DNA of 51,256 nt, taken from NCBI GenBank assembly GCA_040758355.1, contig JBFLWF010000019.1, forward strand, positions 1 through 51,256, given 5' to 3'. The first letter of the stretch is position 1. Every line of letters starts with the position of its first letter. Positions 1 through 9,018 of this stretch are shown here, one piece after another. The position numbers were made by a program, and so were the translations under genes. The stretch is from Nitrospirota bacterium. GTDB taxonomy: Bacteria; Nitrospirota; Thermodesulfovibrionia; Thermodesulfovibrionales; Dissulfurispiraceae. The notes under the pieces were generated by a model that did no database searches, was not told where the DNA came from, and saw only the letters and a program-made list of their open reading frames with translations.

Positions 1-126
1 TTTACAACCGACAGAGGAGACAGGCAAAGCTGGGGTATCTATCCCCTGTTGCTTATGAGAAAAAGTTTTATCAAACGAGGATTGCAGCATGAGTGAATTG
101 GTATCCACTATTGACATCCGACCTCA
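1..126 (+). mobile_element. Right end of an IS3-family insertion sequence (transposase C-terminus 3..92, right inverted repeat about 101..126 ending in CA)
   Basis: Frame from nt 3 reads YNRQRRQAKLGYLSPVAYEKKFYQTRIAA*, the typical IS3 OrfB tail (YNxxRxxxxLGYxSP). It is followed by GTATCCACTATTGACATCCGACCTCA. Confidence 0.85.
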
Positions 127-243
127 TATAAGCTTGTTGTTACCCTTAAACTCGCTCCTCAGGATATCGACAAAAGCGAAGATGAAAGGGATAAACCCAA
201 ACAAGAACAACATTATAAACAGTTCGTAAATCCCAATACCCAT
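124..243 (-). pseudogene. Small PLDc_N-like membrane protein truncated by the IS3 insertion
   Basis: AGGAGG RBS, then MGIGIYELFIMLFLFGFIPFIFAFVDILRSEFKGNNKLI. The expected W and second helix are replaced by the IS terminal TGA. Confidence 0.7.
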
Positions 244-261
244 AAAACCTCCTAAAGATTT

Positions 262-3200
262 TTATTTCACTATTACCAATGGGAAATCCATGCCCCTTGA
301 GTCAACAACAGGGAATTGCGCTTCCTGTTTGTATTTTTTTGTTATGTCAGGCAGTCGTTCTTCAACATATCCCATGAGCTTCCTTACAGTAACGGTCTCT
401 GTGCCTCCGGATGCCTTACCTTTCAGTCCTTCAAGAAGGATATATGTGAATACCCCATGACCGAGTTCCTTTACCTCTGCTGCAAACTGGTCTTTTGTTG
501 ATGCTGCTACTATATGCACACCCGTTGCCCTTGATAATTGCGAGAGTGCCTTCCTGTCTTCAAAGCCCCGGAATGCTATCAATACCGCTCCTGATTTGCA
601 TGAGTCAATGAGTAGGAGTATCTTTTGTGCCTTGATGTTTTTTATAAGTCCTGATAGTTCATCAGATGAGATGCCTTTTGTTTTTACATCCTCCTCCCTT
701 TCAGGGTAGGTGAGTTCATGCGGGATAAAGTACCACTTATCGCTGATGTTCTCTCCATGTCCCGCAAGATAAATCAGTACTGCATCCTGCGGATGGGTGG
801 CCTGAAGCCGATTGAGTTTTGAGACTATATTCCCCTTTGTTGCCTGTTCATTGTAGATTTCAATAATCTCGACTTTTTTGAATAACCCTTTGCCTTTCTG
901 TCTGAAAAAGCCGGTTATGCCTTTTGCGTCAGGCTCTGCATAATTGAGATTCAATGCAGGGTTCTTATATTTATTTATGCCGACTGCAAGGACATAAAGG
1001 GATACATCCTTTGACGGAGCTGTGAGTTTGACTATCAATTCATAAGGGTTTGACTCTATCCTGTCTTTGCTGAATGCAGTTGCTCTGAATGTGTTCGCGC
1101 CATCCACAAGGGTAACGATATATGTCTTTACGGCCTCGTTACCTTTTGGAACTATCTTTACGGCCCTCTGGTCTTCTCCAATTGCCTTGCCATTATGGTA
1201 TAGCCTTATCTCATCAATACCTCCGCCTGTATCCTTCGCAGAGACTGTGATTGTTACTGTGTCTGTGCTGAATGTTGCGTTCGGCTCGGGAGAGATGATC
1301 TTTACGTCAGGAGGCGTTAAAATGCCTTTTCTTATATCTGCAACTGCCTCAATCTTTTTGCCCTGAAGCACGGAGGCGACATAGACAGGATTGAAGAACT
1401 TCTCATAAAAGTTGTCTATTGAATAGACATTGTTGCCAACTCTTACATTTAGATGTTTCGCTCCATTCGGTGAGGCATTGAAATACCCTTCCGGCGTGAT
1501 GACTATCCATTCGCCGTCAGTGAAGCTGATGAATTGCGCGATTTCCTTTCCGGTGGAGATATCCCATAAACGTGCTGTTCCGTCACGACTTCCAGAAAGA
1601 ACAGATTTCCCATCCGGAGAGAACGCCACTGTCTTGATCCAATTGATATGTCCCTTGAATGTTTTTATCTCTCTGCCGGTATTCATTTCCCACAGTTTTA
1701 TGTCCCCACCCCAATCACCGGATGCCATATATTGGCCATCACCTGATATGTTTACTGCATCAATAGGGCTGGTATGGCCGTAAAAGGTTCTTATTTCCTT
1801 TCCTGTTGCCGTCTCCCATAGTTTTAAAGTATTATCTGCGCTTCCTGACAGTATATGACTTCCATCAGCGGTAAAAAGAATCGAATTAACGAAGTGGGAA
1901 TGTCCGGAAAAAGTCCTTATGGCCTTTCCCGTAGAAACATTCCACAGAGTGAAAATAGGCTCCTCGCCTATCGAATTCCTGCCCGCCACATATCTTCCAT
2001 CAGGAGAGAAAGCTGCTGCATCCATGACAAATTTAGACGGCGTTTCGAGTGTGGAAATTTCCCGTTTATTCTTGATATCGATTATTTTATATGTAACACT
2101 TCCATCCTGATGCTCTTGTCCTACTGCATACCTCCCGTCAGGAGAAAATGTCATGAAAACCGGCATATCTTTATCTTTCAAAACATCATAGCCTGTCCTT
2201 ATGATCGCACCGCCTTTTTTGCCATCCACAATGCTGATTATGCCTCCGCGCGAAAAATCTCTTTCAATCTCAAAAAAACAATTGTTATATGATTTCCAAA
2301 TTTTTTTCCTATCATGTAAGGAGCCGACAAAGCGGTCGAACTCATGCAAAGAAGAAGCGACGACATTGATCTTTTCATTGCCAGATGAAAAATATGCGTT
2401 GCCTGGCCCTTCAACATTCCCTCCGAATTTCGTAAGCTTTACTATGGAATAACCATATATTTTTGCTGCAGCTTCACTGGTGTGATATACGCCACCGTCT
2501 ATTGCAGTAGAGGTATCCCACATTGCTATTGCATGACTATAGGAAAAAGCCACATGTCTTCCATCAGGAGAAAATATCACAGCCCATGGATAGATATGAT
2601 CGTCTTTGAGAGTTGTAATTACCTGACTCGTTGAAACGTCCCATAATTCCATTTCATTCAATCCAGAGACGACCAATCTCTTTCCGTCCAGAGGAAATGC
2701 TATTGAAAATCTTTCGTATCGTTGGGGATTTGTAAAGGTTTTTATCTTTTTACCACTTTTTATATGCCACATTACAATAGTCTTGTCTTCGCTCCCTGAC
2801 GCAACATATTCACCGTTGGGAGAAACAGCTACAGAGTGAACAGTTTTTGAATGACCTGCAAACCTCCGCATCTCTTTGCCCGTCTTTATATCCAATTGAA
2901 TAACTGCGTTGTCGGTCCCACTTCCTAAAAGAACATATTTCCCATCCGGCGAAAGCGCCATATCGCTGATTCGTTCTGTATGAACCGGAATTATCTTATT
3001 AAGCTTTCCGGTTTTTATATCCCAGAGATTAATTATAGACTTTATTTTTCTATAGGACGCCTCTCTCCTGTGAAAATAAATCTCTGCGGCAACGATCAAC
3101 GATTTGCCGTTCGGAGAGAAAGCAATCGCAATAGCGCTGCTGGTTAAGAACTCATCTTTTTCAAGCTTTTCAGAAATTGCGATAGGAAACTTTTTCAATT

Positions 3201-3534
3201 CTTTGCCTGTGAAAATATCCCAAAGCCGAATAAATCCCTCCGCTTCTGCGGAAGCTAAAAATTTTCCATCAGGTGAAAATTTCACTGAATTATGTCCGAC
3301 AATAGGCTGGTCCAGCTTGAGTGTTCGTATCTCCCTTCCTGTGTCTATCTCCCATATCCTGACGCTCTTATCCGGGCTCCCAGATGCAAGATATTTCCCA
3401 TCAGGGGAAAAGACAATAGCCGCGACATTGTCCGAATGCCCCATTTGCACGAAAATCTCGGGCTTGTCGGAGGCAGAGACATTATTTGAAACAACGATAG
3501 AGAGTAAAATCGCTAAAACCAATCTGTGTATCAT
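262..3534 (-). CDS. Exported WD40-repeat, Ig-like and caspase (peptidase C14) domain protein
   Basis: N-terminal signal peptide, many GH...WD repeats, C-terminal LAGHG and IDSCKSG catalytic dyad. Confidence 0.9.
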   Translation of the reverse strand: MIHRLVLAILLSIVVSNNVSASDKPEIFVQMGHSDNVAAIVFSPDGKYLASGSPDKSVRIWEIDTGREIRTLKLDQPIVGHNSVKFSPDGKFLASAEAEGFIRLWDIFTGKELKKFPIAISEKLEKDEFLTSSAIAIAFSPNGKSLIVAAEIYFHRREASYRKIKSIINLWDIKTGKLNKIIPVHTERISDMALSPDGKYVLLGSGTDNAVIQLDIKTGKEMRRFAGHSKTVHSVAVSPNGEYVASGSEDKTIVMWHIKSGKKIKTFTNPQRYERFSIAFPLDGKRLVVSGLNEMELWDVSTSQVITTLKDDHIYPWAVIFSPDGRHVAFSYSHAIAMWDTSTAIDGGVYHTSEAAAKIYGYSIVKLTKFGGNVEGPGNAYFSSGNEKINVVASSLHEFDRFVGSLHDRKKIWKSYNNCFFEIERDFSRGGIISIVDGKKGGAIIRTGYDVLKDKDMPVFMTFSPDGRYAVGQEHQDGSVTYKIIDIKNKREISTLETPSKFVMDAAAFSPDGRYVAGRNSIGEEPIFTLWNVSTGKAIRTFSGHSHFVNSILFTADGSHILSGSADNTLKLWETATGKEIRTFYGHTSPIDAVNISGDGQYMASGDWGGDIKLWEMNTGREIKTFKGHINWIKTVAFSPDGKSVLSGSRDGTARLWDISTGKEIAQFISFTDGEWIVITPEGYFNASPNGAKHLNVRVGNNVYSIDNFYEKFFNPVYVASVLQGKKIEAVADIRKGILTPPDVKIISPEPNATFSTDTVTITVSAKDTGGGIDEIRLYHNGKAIGEDQRAVKIVPKGNEAVKTYIVTLVDGANTFRATAFSKDRIESNPYELIVKLTAPSKDVSLYVLAVGINKYKNPALNLNYAEPDAKGITGFFRQKGKGLFKKVEIIEIYNEQATKGNIVSKLNRLQATHPQDAVLIYLAGHGENISDKWYFIPHELTYPEREEDVKTKGISSDELSGLIKNIKAQKILLLIDSCKSGAVLIAFRGFEDRKALSQLSRATGVHIVAASTKDQFAAEVKELGHGVFTYILLEGLKGKASGGTETVTVRKLMGYVEERLPDITKKYKQEAQFPVVDSRGMDFPLVIVK

Positions 3535-3644
3535 TTTGCACCTCTGGTTATTGCTTTAGACTTGTAAGCCTTTATATGTTCGCTGGTTGCGAAATACGAG
3601 ATAACTGTGAGGCCCCTGCTTTCCTCCACACTTCTCACCGCACC

Positions 3645-5258
3645 TTACTCCAATCCTGTAATCCTCAAGTCCTTCGGATGTTCCACCCTGAATTTTATTT
3701 TCAGAGTTTTCTTCTCATTGGGCTTAAGCCTTAAGTCCCATGATATTATTCCGTCGTCGGAAATCTTTGCGTCCTCTTTTTTTGGCGATTCGAGAGCAAT
3801 CCTTATCTGCTCGTTTCTTGAAACAGGGAAATTATCGCTGATATTGATGCCGATCTCTTTATCTTTGGCGCTGACAATGTCAATCGCATATTCATAGCCT
3901 ATCTGAGTATCTTTAGAAAACACGCCCGAATATTCGGTAAATTTTTTAATAAGCTTTTTCTCTATCTTAATACCCTCATCGATTCCAAGCGACAAACTCA
4001 TGTCGTCATCAGGAAGTATCTGCTTATCAACTGATGTTGTATTCACAAACCGCTCATCTAAAAATATACTCATCTGCCCGGATAAGATTGGAAACGGAAG
4101 CGGATTTTTAAGGCCTGCCCTTAAATACGCATACCGAGAGATATTCGGCACTGCATAATAGCTTAATTTTGCCTCTTTCGTTGAAGATGCGATTAATATC
4201 CTGTGCGACTGGTTGTCTGACGGTATATTGACCTTGCCCGGAATTATAAAGCTGAATGATGTCGCCTCTGCCTTTATCTTCGGCTCTTCGAATCGCTGCT
4301 CCAGAGCAGCCTCTGACGCCTTCTCCTTGCTCATCATGAAATCCGCATCCTCGATAGCCTTCTTGTATTTATAAACCACAGGTCTCGGCTTGTAAATATC
4401 CACATACCATGCGGAAAGCTCGGGCGGAGGCCCGTAAGAAGGTCTCGCCGTAGAAATCTCGATATTCGCATTCTTCCAGTCCTCTCCGGTAGACTGGGTT
4501 ATGCTTGCAAAGCAAGCAATATCGACCCTTCCTGTAGCAGAATCAGCCCTTACATCATACTGCGGAGACCAGCCTGCCTTTGCAACAATGTAGGAAAGCC
4601 CCAGATTAATCTCCTTGTCCGCATCCGAAAGCAGATTGATTACGATGGTTTTGCTTTCATCCCTTGATGAGCTTAGGTTTTTAAGCTCATTTTCCAGCGC
4701 CCTCTTTTCTTCATGGAGCTTCTTTATTTTATTTTCGAGTTTTGCGACTCTCTCATAGTTTATTGACAACGACTTCTCGATAAACTTAGCGTGGCCTTCA
4801 ACCTCGGCTTGTGTAACCTTCTGGTTTTGAGGGAATGGAACAGTCTTCTTTAAAAATTCAGTCGAACTGTTTATGGCAGAGATTTCGTTTGAGTTTGTGT
4901 TTATAAGCTCGTTAATGCTCTCAAGCCTCGACTGGAGCCTCTGTATCTTATCCCGCATTGTCCTCTGGAGATAAGTCTTTTCAACCCTGACATCGGATAT
5001 CCTGACAGCAGCCTTTTCCTTAATATTCACCTGAACCGATTCGTCCGTTAAATTTACAGTCAATCCGGAAATCCTTATAATATTTTTACCTTTCTTAACC
5101 GCAATACCCGCCTCTTTCTTTATCATTGCGCTGTCAGGATAAAGGACAATGCTCTGGATTTTCGGGACACTCTCTATCTCTGCAGGAGATGCCCATACAT
5201 TACTTAAAAACACAAAAGAAAAAATCAGAATAGCGGCTAAGAAAATATTTCTGTTCAT
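3645..5258 (-). CDS. DUF4140/DUF4139 (MuiA-like) exported protein
   Basis: Signal peptide, N-terminal coiled coil, W-x-P-x-YDVR and QSTGEDW motifs, LSLGID, C-terminal WDLRLKP. Confidence 0.85.
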   Translation of the reverse strand: MNRNIFLAAILIFSFVFLSNVWASPAEIESVPKIQSIVLYPDSAMIKKEAGIAVKKGKNIIRISGLTVNLTDESVQVNIKEKAAVRISDVRVEKTYLQRTMRDKIQRLQSRLESINELINTNSNEISAINSSTEFLKKTVPFPQNQKVTQAEVEGHAKFIEKSLSINYERVAKLENKIKKLHEEKRALENELKNLSSSRDESKTIVINLLSDADKEINLGLSYIVAKAGWSPQYDVRADSATGRVDIACFASITQSTGEDWKNANIEISTARPSYGPPPELSAWYVDIYKPRPVVYKYKKAIEDADFMMSKEKASEAALEQRFEEPKIKAEATSFSFIIPGKVNIPSDNQSHRILIASSTKEAKLSYYAVPNISRYAYLRAGLKNPLPFPILSGQMSIFLDERFVNTTSVDKQILPDDDMSLSLGIDEGIKIEKKLIKKFTEYSGVFSKDTQIGYEYAIDIVSAKDKEIGINISDNFPVSRNEQIRIALESPKKEDAKISDDGIISWDLRLKPNEKKTLKIKFRVEHPKDLRITGLE

Positions 5259-5362
5259 CGCAACTTCCTCCTTTGATATCTCTCGCTTTTATTAAACATT
5301 AAAACACAATAAATATAGGGTCAAGGTAAAATTCACAGTTTTACGATACAAGAGCCCTGTCC

Positions 5363-5860
5363 TCAATCCACCGACTCCCACGCCTTCTTCTCAAAAACAT
5401 AATATTTTCTGCCGTAGGGCGGAATTGCTTCATACATGAGCGCATGGCTGTCCTGTCGGGCAAAGTACCGGAAAGCGCTTCCCGTCAATGAATATTTTGC
5501 GCTTGGTACTTTTGACAGAAATTCCGGAACGAGTTCCGAAAGCTTCTCCGGATAGCGCCCGCTTTTTGTTTTGAACTGTTCGCAGGCAGCTATAATATCT
5601 TTCGCCCTTCTCTCTGCAATCATGTTATTAAAAATATTGGCTCCGATAATGAGCACAACCATAAGTGCATATATGCCTGCCTTAGACACCAGCAGTTTAA
5701 CTCTCTCCCTGTCCTTTCCGGCCTTAAACAGCTTTACAAGCAGCGCTGGAACGCCGAGTATAATAGTGAATAACGCAATCGTGAACTGATTGAGGACAAA
5801 GGCATCGGCAATGAAGAGCAAAAAAGCCGTGATTATGGTTTTACGGAGCAGAGGGTTCAC
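5363..5860 (-). CDS. Hypothetical membrane protein
   Basis: Three hydrophobic segments and a GRYPEKLSELVPEFL pseudopilin-like tail; co-oriented with its neighbours. Confidence 0.7.
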   Translation of the reverse strand: MNPLLRKTIITAFLLFIADAFVLNQFTIALFTIILGVPALLVKLFKAGKDRERVKLLVSKAGIYALMVVLIIGANIFNNMIAERRAKDIIAACEQFKTKSGRYPEKLSELVPEFLSKVPSAKYSLTGSAFRYFARQDSHALMYEAIPPYGRKYYVFEKKAWESVD

Positions 5861-5866
5861 TTTGCC

Positions 5867-8809
5867 TTACCTCTCCCCATGCAAAATAAAAGGCGCCCAA
5901 TAAAAGGGATTGTCATAGCCGTTTGCACGCAGGTAGTCTTTGGCAGCCTTGAGCGCGGTTATTTTGTCCTTTCCAGCCTTGAGCCCTTCAAAGAATTTGA
6001 CCATCATCTTATAGGTTGAATCATCCGCAACGCTCCAGAGGCTTACCAATACGCTGTCCGTGCCTGCATACATAAATGCACGGGACAGTCCGACCACGCC
6101 TTCGCCTGCAGACTGAATGCCGAGTCCTGTTTTGCATGCGGAGAGTCCCACAAGGTCTGCATTCAGGTTCATGCCAAATATCTCGCCTGCCGTCAGAAAG
6201 CCGTCTTCTTTATCATTGCCTATAAGGTTCAAGACTAATGCAGGCTGCTTGATATAAGGGATTTCATTGCCGAGTATCCCATGAGTGGAAAAAAGCAGAT
6301 ACCTTCTCGTTGATAAGTCTTCTGCCTTTACTTTTTCCTCTGATGAATTGGAACCGGTGAATATCATGGAGCTGCCGAACAGTCTGCCCACTTCCTTGAC
6401 CTCTTTTTCTGTGTTGGGCAGTCTCTGGAATTGGTAACCTGCCTCTTTTGTCGCCTTACTGTCTGTTATGTCCTGCGTTTGCTTTGCCACGATCTTAACC
6501 CCGCGGAGAGATGCGGTGCGCGTATCCTTTGTATCAAACACAGGGTCTCCAATGCCGAAGAATGCGGGATCTTTGAATCGTGTGATGTTTAAACCCCTCA
6601 TGAGAGAGAGCACTGAGGCGGCCTGATAGTAGCTTATCCGGTATTCGTCAATCGCATAAACCGGTTTTGATCCTTTGCCGGACTTATCGTCATGCCCTGA
6701 CATGAGCATCGCCTCAAATGGAAGCAGGCTCAGGGATTCATCAGGAATGATGACAAGATGCTCGCCTTTTTGAATTACAGAAAGTGCGGGTTTTAAAAGA
6801 AGGTCTGTCAGTTCTTCTGCAAGACTCAGGTTGAATCCTTTGGGGTCATTGCCTTCCTGAAAAGGCGAGCGGAACTTCTTGACCATTGCCTCAAGCTCTG
6901 CACGGGTCTTTTCTATCCTGAACCCCTTTATTACCTTGCCGTCTTTGATTACAAGCCCGATTGTGTATTGCTCTGTTACCTCATATTCAATGATGGTTTC
7001 GCCTTTTTTGAGGCTAAGCTGGTTTAGTTTGACAGGCTGGGGATATTTGATGGATGCATATTGAGGATATTCCCTTCTCAGGCGATCAATCAATTTATCC
7101 ATATTCTCTTTTAATGCAGGGTATTCCTGTTCAAGTTGTTTTAATAATTCGGGATTGTTCTTTTCAAAGGCTGTTTGCTGTTGCTTTTTATTGATCATTA
7201 TGCGGGTGATGCGGTCTTCTTCCTCTTTAGCAAGCGAAGCGGGAATCTTGTAGTTTGCCTTTGAGTGCCTGCTTGAGATAAGCTCCGCAAATATCCTGCC
7301 CCTTGTGTTTTCAGCCCAGTAGAATGCCTCATCAAAGCGGTTGAGCATAAAGGCGCACCTTACAGCGCCTTCATATGCCTCTATTCTCGGGAATCCAAAC
7401 TCTTTGCCTTCAAAGAAGTGCTCCCGCTCAGAAGGGGAAAGCCTGCCTCTCTGGTCTTCGAGAAAATCAATAGCCTTTTTATACCATTTATATGCTGTCT
7501 CGTATTCCTTCATCCCCTCATAAGAAATGCCGAGACCCATCCATTCAGGGATTATGACTCCCGCATTTTTTCTTTTTTCATCTTCTTCTCTGTTTCTATC
7601 AAACTGTTTAGCCGCCTCCTTGAAATCCTTTTTCTTTAGATAATACATTCCGAGTCTGATAGGGTGGTCTTGCTTTATGTAAATGTCAAATGCCTCTTTG
7701 TCCTTGTCCATAGCAAGATATGCATCTCCCATATTGCCTTCCAAATAACCATACGGAACCCCAATCTCTTTTTTTATAGCCAATGCCTTTTCATAATATT
7801 CAATTGCTTTTCTATAGTCCCCTAAATCGCTGTGTGCAAGCCCAAGTCTGTTGAGATGATTTCCCTTGCCCTCTTTATATCCTATTTCATCTGCAATGGC
7901 AAGTGCCTTTTCAAAGTAGTCGATTGCCTTTCTGTAGTCCCCTAACTGTCTGTATGCATTTCCAAGATTGCCGAGCAGATGTTCCTTCCCCCCTTTATCT
8001 CCTATCTCATCAGCAATGGCAAGTGCCTTTTCAAAGTAGTCGATTGCCTTTCTGTAGTCCCCTAATTTGCCGTATGCAATCCCAAGATGGCCGAGCCAAT
8101 TTCCCTTTCCCAGTTTATCTCCTATCTCATCAGCAATGGCAAGTGCCTTTTCATAGTAGGCTATCTCCTTTCTGTAGTCCACTAACTCTCCGTATGCATT
8201 TCCCAGATTGCCGAGCCGACGTCCCTTGTTTTGTTTATCCCCTATCTCTTCAGCAATGGCAAGTGCCTTTTCATAGTAGGCGATTGACTTTCTAAAGTCC
8301 CCTAAATAATGGTATACAAGCCCCAGATTGTTGAGTCTCGTTCCCTTGCCTTGTTTGTCTCCTGTCTCCTCAGCAATGGCCAGTGCCTTTTCATGGTAGT
8401 CGATTGCCTTTTTGTAGTCCCCCAAATTACTGTATGCAAGCCCCAGATTGCCGAGCCAACTTCCCTTGTTTTGTTTATCCCCCATCTCCTCAGCAATAGC
8501 CAATGCCTTTTCAAAGTAGGTGATTGACTTTCTGTAGTCCCCTAAAATGTTGTATGCAAGCCCCAGATTGCCGATAGCAGCGCCGATTGCCTTTTTTCGA
8601 CCAAGTTTTTGAAAGGTTGCAAGCGCAGCCTCCCATTTCTCAATAGCCCCTCGAAAATCCGAAATATTGTATAGTTTTTCTCCTTCGTTAAAAAGCGCAG
8701 CAGCCCTGCTAAATTCTTCCTCGTCTGATAAGGCGTAAGAGACAATGGGGGCAATAATCATTAAAAAAACAATCACGAAAAAAACAAAACGACAGCGTCT
8801 CATATCCAA
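5867..8809 (-). CDS. Exported TPR-repeat CHAT-domain protease
   Basis: Signal peptide, 40-aa TPR repeats, LVIIPD..L..LPFEA, STHG, LSAC, SLWSV, PFYWAPF. Confidence 0.92.
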   Translation of the reverse strand: MDMRRCRFVFFVIVFLMIIAPIVSYALSDEEEFSRAAALFNEGEKLYNISDFRGAIEKWEAALATFQKLGRKKAIGAAIGNLGLAYNILGDYRKSITYFEKALAIAEEMGDKQNKGSWLGNLGLAYSNLGDYKKAIDYHEKALAIAEETGDKQGKGTRLNNLGLVYHYLGDFRKSIAYYEKALAIAEEIGDKQNKGRRLGNLGNAYGELVDYRKEIAYYEKALAIADEIGDKLGKGNWLGHLGIAYGKLGDYRKAIDYFEKALAIADEIGDKGGKEHLLGNLGNAYRQLGDYRKAIDYFEKALAIADEIGYKEGKGNHLNRLGLAHSDLGDYRKAIEYYEKALAIKKEIGVPYGYLEGNMGDAYLAMDKDKEAFDIYIKQDHPIRLGMYYLKKKDFKEAAKQFDRNREEDEKRKNAGVIIPEWMGLGISYEGMKEYETAYKWYKKAIDFLEDQRGRLSPSEREHFFEGKEFGFPRIEAYEGAVRCAFMLNRFDEAFYWAENTRGRIFAELISSRHSKANYKIPASLAKEEEDRITRIMINKKQQQTAFEKNNPELLKQLEQEYPALKENMDKLIDRLRREYPQYASIKYPQPVKLNQLSLKKGETIIEYEVTEQYTIGLVIKDGKVIKGFRIEKTRAELEAMVKKFRSPFQEGNDPKGFNLSLAEELTDLLLKPALSVIQKGEHLVIIPDESLSLLPFEAMLMSGHDDKSGKGSKPVYAIDEYRISYYQAASVLSLMRGLNITRFKDPAFFGIGDPVFDTKDTRTASLRGVKIVAKQTQDITDSKATKEAGYQFQRLPNTEKEVKEVGRLFGSSMIFTGSNSSEEKVKAEDLSTRRYLLFSTHGILGNEIPYIKQPALVLNLIGNDKEDGFLTAGEIFGMNLNADLVGLSACKTGLGIQSAGEGVVGLSRAFMYAGTDSVLVSLWSVADDSTYKMMVKFFEGLKAGKDKITALKAAKDYLRANGYDNPFYWAPFILHGER
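7770..8575 (-). repeat. About 7 tandem 120-bp TPR-coding repeats with high nucleotide identity
   Basis: GC(A/C)A(G/A)TGCCTTTTC recurs every 120 nt (about 7779, 7899, 8019, 8139, 8259, 8379, 8499). Confidence 0.9.
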
Positions 8810-9018
8810 ACCTCCATTTTGAGATCTTTTTAAATCATAGGGCTGCTTACAATCCTCTTATTACTTTATGAAAAGAGTATCTGCAAACCAATATACAAAG
8901 AAGAGGTGTTACTGTCAAGGTAATTTTCACATCACAAAAATAAATACAAACTTTATGCTATAGGAAGCTTCCTTACGCGATATTCTTTTTCATCTATTGG
9001 TATAATCGAGTTTTCTTT

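Noticed and set aside
7770..8575. CRISPR array
   Set aside because: Repeats are 120-bp in-frame TPR coding units with no unique spacers, and there are no cas genes.
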